Shown here: positions 1-9,821 of the stretch, piece after piece | How the letters are laid out: every line of letters begins with the position of its first letter | Numbering within the stretch: position 1 is the first letter of the stretch | Assembly: GCA_002104905.1 (NCBI GenBank) | Contig: MCFE01000314.1 | Coordinates: forward strand, 1-64,000 | Direction of reading: 5' to 3' | DNA: 64,000 nucleotides | DNA from: Basidiobolus meristosporus CBS 931.73 | Lineage: Eukaryota > Fungi > Basidiobolomycota | Program-made: the position numbers and the translations under genes | The notes under the pieces: model-generated | The model's input: the letters and a program-made list of their open reading frames with translations, nothing else | Told to the model about the DNA's origin: nothing | The model's database searches: none

Positions 1-940
1 TGCAAAACTACATTGGCAAAATTATTTGGTTTCTGTAATCATCAATTCTTGTTCCGTCTCTTGGCTGTGCGACTGTTTCTCTACCTGATCTAAGAAGTGA
101 TGCAATTGACTATCACTTAATTTATCAGTCTCTGCCTGATTCTCCTTCATACGCTTATAATCCAAATAAGCCACTTGGAGTACTTTATAGTGAGGCAAAG
201 AAGAACTAAGCTGAAGTTTGTTTCGGAACTGCTCAATCGCATTGGTTTGTTTTCTCCTCAGGACAACTGAGTCATCTGCCATTTTTTTCCAAGTTTTCTC
301 CAGGTATTTGGGACTTCCAAAGGTACCACTACCAGAACTGGTAATTGTACTGCTCTTCTCGCCACAATCTTTGTCTATAATAGACTCTTGGTCTTCCTTT
401 GGAGCGCGAGGACTGCTATGGTAGAGGCAGCTTCCTCTTTTGGTCTTGATCCCCAAGTAGCGGTCCTTAAGCTTTCCCTCATGACTTGTTTATTGTCTGT
501 GTTGGTGCTCTACTCGGTGGAGTGTCAGTGAGTGCTGTTTAACTACTAGTTGTTCTCTTCTGTCCTGTAGATTTATATTACTTTCATATACACTTACTTC
601 ATCACGTTTCACTTTTGCCTCTCTTGTGACTGTACTCTGGTTTCATTTCTTGACAGCTAGACAAAACCAAGGCCACCTCATATTGGGTGCGGTGGTTTAG
701 TGATCAAAGAGCAAGCTATTGATGCTAATATTGATTTTGAGCATATTGTCTAGGAATATCTTGGAACCGACTAGAGTAAATAGTTACTCAATAATTCACA
801 TAGTACCACTATTTGCACATCAATACTTGCTAACAACAAAGCAATGCTTTTCTATGATGTTCCATTCCCACGCGGCTGTTTGTTGATAGTCCGTACAATA
901 CACAAGTGAGCATTTAAAGTAAGCATCCACACTACTTTCT

Positions 941-1808
941 GGGGGTATGGTTACCGCGCACTATAAAAGTGCGTTAGGGACTCATGTAAAACTATCATGA
1001 TGAAAAATAAAAGCACTTTATTACCGCGCGGCTGATGATTGATAACTCCCGCTAGACACAAGTAAACGTAGCAAGTGGGTATCCTTAAAACCTGTTGGGG
1101 TATGGTTACCACGCACCATGAAAGTGCGTTAAGGACTCATGTAAAACTATCATGATGAAAAATAAAAGCACTTTATTACCACACGGCTGATGATTGATAA
1201 CTCCCGCTAGACACAAGTAAACGTAGCAAGTGGGTATCCTTAAAACCTGTTGGGGTATGGTTACCACGCACTATGAAAGTGCGTTAAGGACTCATGTAAA
1301 ACTATCATGATGAAAAATAAAAGCACTTTATTACCGCGCAGCTGATGATTGATGACTCCCGCTAGACACAAGTAAACATAGCAAGTGGGTATCCTTAAAA
1401 CCTGTTGGGGTATGGTTACCGCGCACTATGAAAGTGCGTTAGGGATTCATACAAAACTAGCATGATGAAAAATAAAAGCATTTCAGTATTGCACGGCTGA
1501 TGATTGATGGCTCCCGCTAGACACAAGTAAACATAGCAAGTGGGTATCCTTAAAACCTGTTGGGGTATGGTTACCGCGCACTATGAAAGTGCGTTAGGGA
1601 TTCATACAAAACTAGCATGATGAAAAATAAAAGCATTTCAGTATTGCACAGCTGATGATTGATGGCTCCCGCTAGACACAAGTAGACGTAGCTAGTGGAC
1701 ATCCTTAAAACCTGTTGGGGTATGGCTACTGCGTACTTTCAAAGTGCGTTAGGAACTCATGTAAAACTATCATGATGAAAAATAAAAGCACTTTTGTACC
1801 ACATGGCT
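941..1808. repeat. 155-bp tandem repeat, about 5.6 copies
   Basis: TATGG anchor recurs at 946, 1101, 1256, 1411, 1566 and 1721 (exact 155-bp period). Units differ by scattered substitutions and carry an internal hairpin CGCACT-n5-AGTGCG. Confidence 0.95.
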
Positions 1809-2324
1809 AAGTTTTACAATTCCTGCGGGATACATGTGCGCATAGAACATAAGTAGTAGTTGCAATGGTGTCAAATAAAGTTTCTATTATAGCCATAATA
1901 TATATTGAACTTTGGGATACACTTTATATTTGGTAAAAGCAATCGGGTTACTGAAAATTTGTATTGGCCATGAATTTTTTTATCATATTAGGGCCGCGCA
2001 ATTTATGGTGCCCAAAGCTTATCAAAATATGGGATTGTGGTCAGATTGGGATGAATCCCATTAATTATTAGATATACATTAAAAATAACAATTTATTAAT
2101 TAAATAGTCATCAAGACTTATACAGAGCATATGGACAGTATAGGGAGACAAATATTGGCCCAGACATGCCCACTATATGAGCAGACAATGTGCCAATTGT
2201 AGGGTAAAAATATTTATGGTTAGGGTGATAAGGGTTAGGAGGAGGAATTCTAACCCTAAGGGACCAGAACCAAGAATGAGAGAAAAGTAATCCAATGGGA
2301 ATTTAAAGAGTATGGGAGCAGTAT

Positions 2325-2393
2325 GGGGGATTGCATCCCCCAAACCCCCTGCTTTTTTATTCTCTAGGGGACTGCGTCCCCCAGACCCCCTGC
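2325..2393. repeat. Pair of GC-rich short palindromes in direct repeat
   Basis: GGGGGA-TTGCA-TCCCCC AAACCCCCTGCT at 2325 and GGGGA-CTGCG-TCCCC CAGACCCCCTGCT at 2367. Confidence 0.75.
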
Positions 2394-3291
2394 TCTTCTA
2401 ACCTTTTCCTAGCCCTTACTATAACACCTACACCCTAAACATTCCCCCATTAGTAACCTCCGCGAAGAACAGTGGGTCATAAAAGGGAATTGTGGATTAT
2501 CTATTTGGGTTTACCTAATACAATATATCCGAACTAAAAACCTGACAAATTTCGCCCCCAAAATCCACCTTCTTGGGTTACCCCGTATCCAGGTGCTTAA
2601 ATGTATTTATCTCGCAAATTGAGAATGGCATTTCACGGTGAGTCTAAGTAAGCAAACATAAAGTGCGTTACACTTTGCTTCCTATTATTTCAATCTGCTG
2701 AAACGCTTCACCAACGATGATTTTAACTACTACTACTACTACTACTATTGCTGGTTAATATGCTACAAAGAAATGTCTGGCCATTACTAGGAATAGTGCA
2801 CAGTGTAGCGGCCAGAAGTAAACTGACACAGAATCCCGTTTAGAAAGATGCCACAATACTATATGATTGACTACTGCTTCTCGTTGGCCAGAAAATCTAT
2901 GTACAGCATTACCACAGACATGTCATTGGCACTCAAGAAAATCTGATTTCAAAACATAAGATGCATCTGGACATATCAAACTCAAGTCACCTGCAGAAAG
3001 AGCCATGACTGTAAGTATAGCACAAGTTAGGAAGCATCTAATTGATGTACAGCTTACAAGCCGAGTTGTCAGCATAGGTAGATTGGTACTAAGTGTGCTT
3101 AGCCAACAACACATGTCGCATTATAAAACTGCTAAATGCGCACTAGGTTAAAGCCATGAATGCTACGGACATCTCTCCTCAACACTGTGCGTGTGATCAG
3201 CAAACACTGATGGGCGTGCTTCTGCATATTCTTGCATTGTAAAATGTATAAATGCCTTGATCTTCTGATTATTTTCAACCATTATATCAAC

Positions 3292-3678
3292 ATGAAATAC
3301 TCCATTGCAAAGCTTCTCATTGTCATCTCCGCTGCGTTGGCTATCAATGCTACAGTCCTTGAGCGTTCCTACGATCCAGACTACAAGGGGGTAGGTCATG
3401 GTGGTGGCGGTGACTATGACGATGATTATGACGGCAATGGCCATGGAAGAGGAAAGAAGTATGGCAATGACTACGATGATGATTACGATGGTAACGGCCA
3501 TGGAAGAAGAAGGAGATATGACGGCGATGACTACGACGATGACTACGATGGTCATGGTCACGGAAGAAGAAAGAAGTATGACAATGATTACGACAACGAT
3601 TATGATGGTAATGGCCATGGAAGAAAGAAGTATGGTGGTGGCGGCGGCGGCCGAGGTGATGATTACGACGATTATTAG
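3292..3678 (+). CDS. Secreted Gly/Asp/Tyr/His-rich repeat protein, copy 1 (128 aa)
   Basis: ATG 3292 to TAG. N-terminal signal peptide MKYSIAKLLIVISAALAINA, then four DYD(D/N)DYDG(N/H)GHG cores separated by R/K clusters. Frame is conserved in five paralogs. Confidence 0.88.
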   Translation: MKYSIAKLLIVISAALAINATVLERSYDPDYKGVGHGGGGDYDDDYDGNGHGRGKKYGNDYDDDYDGNGHGRRRRYDGDDYDDDYDGHGHGRRKKYDNDYDNDYDGNGHGRKKYGGGGGGRGDDYDDY

Positions 3679-3898
3679 AGACTTGAGATACCTTTTTGAT
3701 ACCAGATACTCAATAAACTATATTTACACATGGCATGTTGTAAGGTATATCCAAGGTTATCAGCGCAACGTTAGCAAAGCATAAATGGCAGCTTAAATGT
3801 TGCAAGTTAACCCAAATCATCCGATAATCACCGAAATGGTGAAGTATTAGAAAAAGTGCGATTGACCCAATCTGGGTTGAGGTGTTGAAATACTAAAA

Positions 3899-3971
3899 CG
3901 AGGCGCATGGGACTCGAACCCACAATCCCCAGATCCGAAGTCTGATGCCTTATCCATTAGGCCAACGCCCC
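3899..3971 (-). tRNA. tRNA-Arg (anticodon TCG), copy 1
   Basis: 73-nt cloverleaf: acceptor GGGGCGT/GCGCCTC, D arm GCCT-AATGGATA-AGGC, anticodon loop CT-TCG-GA, T loop TTCGAGT. TTTT Pol III terminator follows immediately. Confidence 0.97.
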
Positions 3972-4299
3972 TTTCCTCTCGAAGTTAGGACTCGGCCTAG
4001 ACCACTACCCTCTTTTAGCAATTCTATAAGCCTACTTGAAATCCAATACCGTGTTGGACCAAAAACTGGAGTTATAGTAGTAATCCTATTCGACGTATCC
4101 TTCGAATCCGAACACATGTTCAACACAAGTATTGGCATAAATCAACACCTTCATAAGAAGGGATCCCACATCAATGTTAGTGCTGTGCAGTCCACCGATA
4201 CAAATCGACAAAACCGATAAAGTGTGCTATGGCATGCGTCTACCCTCATTACCCTATAAATACATTCGGTCAGCCACTCCTTCAAATCACTATCTCAGC

Positions 4300-4668
4300 A
4301 TGAAATACTCTGTTGCAAAGCTTCTCCTTGTCATCTCCGCTGCGTTGGCTATCAATGCTACAGTCCTTGAGCGTTCCTACGATTCAGACTACAAGGGGGT
4401 AGGTCATGGTGGTGGTGACTACGATGATGATTATGACGGCAATGGCCATGGAAGAGGAAAGAAATATGGTGATGACTATGACGACGACTACGACGGCAAT
4501 GGCGGTGGAAGAAGGAGACATGATGGTGATGACTACGACGACGATTACGATGGCCACGGTCATGGAAGAAGAGAGAAGTATGGCAATGATTATGATGATG
4601 ACTACGATGGAAGAAAGAGGCATGGTGGTGGTGGTCGTGGTCGTGGTGATGGCTATGACGACTACTAG
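4300..4668 (+). CDS. Secreted Gly/Asp/Tyr/His-rich repeat protein, copy 2 (122 aa)
   Basis: Same signal peptide and repeat architecture as copy 1; TATA-like CCCTATAAAT about 45 bp upstream. Confidence 0.88.
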   Translation: MKYSVAKLLLVISAALAINATVLERSYDSDYKGVGHGGGDYDDDYDGNGHGRGKKYGDDYDDDYDGNGGGRRRHDGDDYDDDYDGHGHGRREKYGNDYDDDYDGRKRHGGGGRGRGDGYDDY

Positions 4669-4905
4669 AGACTTGAGATACCTTTTTGATACCAGATACT
4701 CAATAAACCAATATTTACACATGGTATGTTAAGAGGTTTATTTATTTACAAGGCTATCGACGCAACGTTAGCAGAGCATAAAATGGCAGTTTAAATGTCG
4801 GAAGTTGATCCAAATCATCCCATAATCGCCGAAATGGTGAACATGGTGAAGTGTTAGAAAAAGTGCGATTGACCCAGTCTGGGTTGAGGTGTTGAAATAC
4901 TAAAA

Positions 4906-4978
4906 CGAGGCGCATGGGACTCGAACCCACAATCCCCAGATCCGAAGTCTGATGCCTTATCCATTAGGCCAACGCCCC
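4906..4978 (-). tRNA. tRNA-Arg (TCG), copy 2
   Basis: Identical 73 nt to copy 1, with TTTT terminator. Confidence 0.97.
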
Positions 4979-5284
4979 TTCACTCTCCAAATTACAGCTC
5001 AGGGTAGAACACTATCTGCTTTGATCAATTCTGCTTGATTGAGCCGTTAAACATTGAAATAGCGGTAACCATAGTTGACATATCAATCAAATCCGAACAT
5101 ATGTTTAACGCAAGTATTGGCATAAATCAACTACTTCATAAGATGAGATCACACATCAATGTTAGCGCTATGCAGTCCACCGATAAAGATCGACAACACT
5201 GATAAAGTGTACTACTGCATGTGTCTACTCTCATTATCCTGTAAATGTATCCAGTCGTTCACTCCTTCAAATCACCATCTCAAG

Positions 5285-5668
5285 ATGAAATACTCCATTG
5301 CAAAGCTACTACTTGTCGTCTCCGCTGCATTGGCTATCAACGCTACAGTCCTTGAGCGCTCCTACGACCCTAACTACAAGGGGGTAGGTCACGGTGGTGG
5401 CGATGACTACGATGCTGATTATGACGGCAATAGCCATGGAAGAAGAAAGAAGTATGGTGATGACTATGACGACGACTACGATGGTAATGGCGGTGGAAGA
5501 AGAAGGAGATACGATGGTGATGACTACGAGGATGACTACGATGGTCACGGTCACGGAAGAAGAAAGAAGCATGGCAATGATTACGATGATGACTATGATG
5601 GCAATGGACATGGAAGAAAGAAGCATGTTGGTGGTGGTGGCCGCAGTGAAGACTATGATGACTACTAG
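5285..5668 (+). CDS. Secreted Gly/Asp/Tyr/His-rich repeat protein, copy 3 (127 aa)
   Basis: MKYSIAKLLLVVSAALAINA signal peptide plus repeats; its flanks are the most diverged of the five. Confidence 0.88.
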   Translation: MKYSIAKLLLVVSAALAINATVLERSYDPNYKGVGHGGGDDYDADYDGNSHGRRKKYGDDYDDDYDGNGGGRRRRYDGDDYEDDYDGHGHGRRKKHGNDYDDDYDGNGHGRKKHVGGGGRSEDYDDY

Positions 5669-6148
5669 AGGCTTATAATACCTTCTTGATACCAAATACC
5701 TAATAAACTGTAATTTCTCCCGATTTACAAAGTTGCAAGATTCCTCAAATGATATTAGCTTCATGCTTGCATTGCTCACAAAAAATATCCGCTTCAAGCG
5801 TTCCCGTAAAATCATTGAATACTGATATTTGAAATTCAGGAAATTTACGGTAATTTGCTATTGGTGTGCTTATCCAACCAAGGAAACGGATCAATCTGTG
5901 GTCTATTAGAGCTTACTACAATAAGTTGACCTTCCGCCGAGGCTATAAGTAACATGTGGTGCATGGATTAAACTGACAATCCCCATGCCTTGACACTGCA
6001 GTTTGAAGGAGATCACTATCACATATCATGATTCGATTGCAAAGCTTAACAAATCCACAACACTGATGAAGCGTGCTACTCCCTATGCTTACTCTCACTA
6101 CCCTATATAAAAATCTGATCGGTCCCTCCTTCAAATCACTATCTCAGC

Positions 6149-6535
6149 ATGAAATACTCTGTTGCAAAGCTTCTCATTGTCATCTCCGCTGCGTTGGCTA
6201 TCAATGCTACAGTCCTTGAGCGTTCCTACGATCCAGACTACAAGGGGGTAGGTCATGGTGGTGGCGGTGACTATGACGATGATTATGACGGCAATGGCCA
6301 TGGAAGAGGAAAGAAGTATGGCAATGACTACGATGATGATTACGATGGTAACGGCCATGGAAGAAGAAGGAGATATGACGGCGATGACTACGACGATGAC
6401 TACGATGGTCATGGTCACGGAAGAAGAAAGAAGTATGACAATGATTACGACGACGATTATGATGGTAATGGCCATGGAAGAAAGAAGTATGGTGGTGGTG
6501 GCGGCGGCCGAGGTGATGATTACGACGATTATTAG
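6149..6535 (+). CDS. Secreted Gly/Asp/Tyr/His-rich repeat protein, copy 4 (128 aa)
   Basis: CDS differs from copy 1 at only about four nucleotides; CTATATAAAA TATA box near 6103. Confidence 0.88.
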   Translation: MKYSVAKLLIVISAALAINATVLERSYDPDYKGVGHGGGGDYDDDYDGNGHGRGKKYGNDYDDDYDGNGHGRRRRYDGDDYDDDYDGHGHGRRKKYDNDYDDDYDGNGHGRKKYGGGGGGRGDDYDDY

Positions 6536-6763
6536 AGACTTGAGATACCTTTTTGATACCAGATACACAATAAATCAACATTTACACATGATATGTTCAG
6601 AAGTGTGGCTATCTATAAGGGTATCAAAATGTAACGCTAAAACTTTCAAGTTGGAAATTGAAAAAATCCAGATCATTTGATCTACTTTGAAATGGTGACC
6701 TTGGCGAATAATCCAAATAGTGTTATTGACTCCATTTCGATTATGGTATTGAAATTACAAAAA

Positions 6764-6836
6764 CGAGGCGCATGGGACTCGAACCCACAATCCCCAGATC
6801 CGAAGTCTGATGCCTTATCCATTAGGCCAACGCCCC
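6764..6836 (-). tRNA. tRNA-Arg (TCG), copy 3
   Basis: Identical 73 nt to copies 1 and 2, with TTTTT terminator. Confidence 0.97.
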
Positions 6837-7164
6837 TTTCCTCTCGAAGTTAGGACTCGGCCTAGACCACTACCCTCTTTTAGCAATTCTATAAGCCTAC
6901 TTGAAATCCAATACCGTGTTGGACCAAAAACTGGAGTTATAGTAGTAATCCTATTCGACGTATCCTTCGAATCCGAACACATGTTCAACACAAGTATTGG
7001 CATAAATCAACACCTTCATAAGAAGGGATCCCACATCAATGTTAGTGCTGTGCAGTCCACCGATACAAATTGGCAAAACTGATAAAGTGTGCTACTGCAT
7101 ACGTCTACTCCCATTACCCTATAAATACATCCGGTCGGCCACTCCTTCAAATCACTATCTCAGC

Positions 7165-7545
7165 ATGAAATACTCTGTTGCAAAGCTTCTCCTTGTCATC
7201 TCCGCTGCGTTGGCTATCAATGCTACAGTCCTTGAGCGTTCCTACGATTCAGACTACAAGGGGGTAGGTCATGGTGGTGGCGGTGACTACGACGATGATT
7301 ATGACGGCAATGGCCACGGAGGAAGAAAGAAGTATGGCAACGACTACGATGATGATTACGATGGTAAAGGCCATGGAAGAAGAAGGAGATATGACGGGGA
7401 CGATTACGAGGATGATTACGATGGTCACGGTCACGGGAGAAGAAAGAAGTATGACAATGATTACGATGATGACTATGATGGTAATGGCCATGGAAGAAAG
7501 AAGTATGGTGGTGGTGGCCGAGGTGATGGTTATGACGATTATTAG
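7165..7545 (+). CDS. Secreted Gly/Asp/Tyr/His-rich repeat protein, copy 5 (126 aa)
   Basis: Same signal peptide and repeats; upstream region is nearly identical to that of copy 2. Confidence 0.88.
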   Translation: MKYSVAKLLLVISAALAINATVLERSYDSDYKGVGHGGGGDYDDDYDGNGHGGRKKYGNDYDDDYDGKGHGRRRRYDGDDYEDDYDGHGHGRRKKYDNDYDDDYDGNGHGRKKYGGGGRGDGYDDY

Positions 7546-9821
7546 AGGCTTGAGATACCCTCTTGATACCAACAACACAATAAACCAATATTTACATATG
7601 GCATGCTGAGAGGTGTATCTATGATCAAGGTCATCAACGTAACGTTAGCAAAGCATAAAATGCCAGCCTAACCCCCCCCCCATTAATGCACTGATATGGG
7701 CGTATACTTCAAAGAACAGAATATTGAAAGTGACAATTGCCAATGCTGTTAATGGATAACCTCAATTTAAATGTTTGAAACTCTGGTTTACATACTGTTT
7801 TCTGGGGCATTTTTAGTGATTATAATATTAACAAAAAATACTGGTCCTCAACTGGGGTGCACTTACCAAATGCTACCTAATTTTGGACCCAATGCAATGC
7901 TGATATCTCACTGGTCTAGTATCAGTGCGTGATATTTCTCAGTGTGCTATCATCATACTGAGGTCTATGAGTTTCCATAACAATTGCACTCCCCTACCTG
8001 GATAATTGATTGAAACTATCCATCAATGCATTTAGAAGAGTGGTGCCTTTTTGGTATGTTTATACCACTTTGCCATAGTAGTGTGGATCATTTATTTGTT
8101 AATACTAGGCATAACACAGGGCCACCACATCAAGTAATATTCAACCACATCTAGACTGCAAATTTGTAGCCACAAAACTTTCACCCATATGCTGGGGCAG
8201 ATAGGTAACCCCAGAGTGAATGGCTGCTTCACCAAGAATTGATACTTTACTAGAATTACCAACAATGACCAGTGGTATTTGGCACATAACATATTCCTCT
8301 TATTACAAATATCAATATACCTGATCAGAATCCAAGTGAGCCCACTTGCTATTACCACATATCATTGGTTTTGAATACTAAATGGTGATTATAGGGGTGG
8401 GGCGAATACTTGGTTGTGTATAAAATAACGGAGATCCCTACAGTTTCATCTCTTTATCAGCACTCCGCTGATCTAGCAGTTAGGTATGTATAGGGAGGTA
8501 CTTGTTGAAGTTACTGCTTCTTTGTTTTGGACCCTACAGCATCAATCAAGATATCCATATTTAGTGGAACTCTATACCAGCTTTTCATACAATCTCCCCT
8601 TGTTACAACACTTCTGAGTTTATTATATTATCAATAGTATAGCATTGGATAAGAGATGCAAACAATTAGTACTGTACCTAATTCAATCAATTGTCAGTCA
8701 ATATCTGAGTAATCCGACTTCTTAAGATCCTTACAGCGATTCTTCTGAAAATCCAGTAAGACTCTAAATTTTGATTATTTTTCCATGTCAAAGACAGGCG
8801 TTCAAAATAGACACTATAGTGAGATACATTTAAAGGGAAATTTCATATATGCACCGTTTAATATGACATCAACTAGTAGTAGAATGTAGACTAAACGTCT
8901 AATGGTCTAGAAATATTACTGGATATTGCTAAATATCATCAGCTAACAATCATAGTATTGAGGTGGTTAAATGAATCAAAGTCAGCACATTCATATTCAT
9001 TTGATTGTATACTAACAGAATTGCTATATTAAGGTTACTCTCCATATAAAGTATTTTGATTGATTTTAGTAGTCACTAATAGATTCCTTCGAACCCATTG
9101 TGATTAATAATAACAGGACTCCAACGGTTTGTGACCAGCACGTAAGAGATCCTTCCGTCTAAATACTACAGTTTACATGTGGCTTTGATCACCCATCTGG
9201 AACCACCCAAACCACCTTTCCGGATTTCTGGCAGACTATCATCCACTTAATATGTATAATTGGTTATTCAACCCTTCATTATATATAGCTAGGCTTTGAA
9301 AATGATCAAGAGGATTTAATTTTATAGAATCGAGATCTAAGTTTCTTCTAATCGCCTTGCACCTGCGTATTTGCCGTAGCACGGCCTTTATAACTGCGAA
9401 TTGGTTCGTTTCCTTGATGTTTCTGAGATCTCAAACGTTTGAGGTTTCAACTCGACCAAGGCTTCGTATATATGCTATGATATTTAGGGGTAGTGAGAAG
9501 TAAATGGCTATCAGATCTGTTTTGATTGCAGCAAAGTTGATGTTATGTTAATGTAATACCTGGTTTCATCAGCCTACCACGCCATAGATGTATCAATTCC
9601 TCAGCCTTTAATGCAAGTAATTTGAAACAAATCTTATTAATAATGTCGGATTACGTGTGCATGCCTGCATTCAGAAGCAGCCGTCATTCATTCCATATAT
9701 AAATTGCATCCTCATATCCTGAGACTAGTCATCCTCGCAAATACGAAACATATATATTTACGACTGATCATATACATTGACAAACCGACCTACTTTCAAT
9801 TTCTTTCCACGCACGATTCAC

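Noticed and set aside
22-456. 144-aa minus-strand ORF
   Set aside because: No in-frame ATG before an upstream stop and no recognisable motif; may be an exon or TE relic but cannot be supported.
941-1808. 155-bp repeat read as a CRISPR array or a box C/D snoRNA cluster (ATGATGA...CTGA, with a short 18S-like ATTACCGCG)
   Set aside because: There are no unique spacers. C and D boxes are only about 28 nt apart, too short for a snoRNA, and the putative guide is mutated in several copies.
2726-2746. (ACT)7 microsatellite
   Set aside because: Ordinary short tandem repeat.
3899-6836. tRNA-Arg linked to supply Arg for the Arg-rich peptide genes
   Set aside because: The genes use mostly AGA/AGG for Arg; CGA, the codon read by TCG, appears about once per gene at most.
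3292-7545. Mimicry of insect sulfakinin (DDYGH) or tick sulfotyrosine anticoagulant motifs
   Set aside because: Only low-complexity resemblance; the C-terminal MRF-amide is absent and fungal tyrosine sulfation is not established.
3163-7609. Alternate-frame and antisense ORFs over the peptide genes (poly-I/V and M/T-rich)
   Set aside because: Shadows of the repetitive GAY/TAY/GGY codons.
8092-8358. Possible decayed gypsy RT-like fragment
   Set aside because: Resemblance is too weak by eye; no YxDD or other diagnostic motif.
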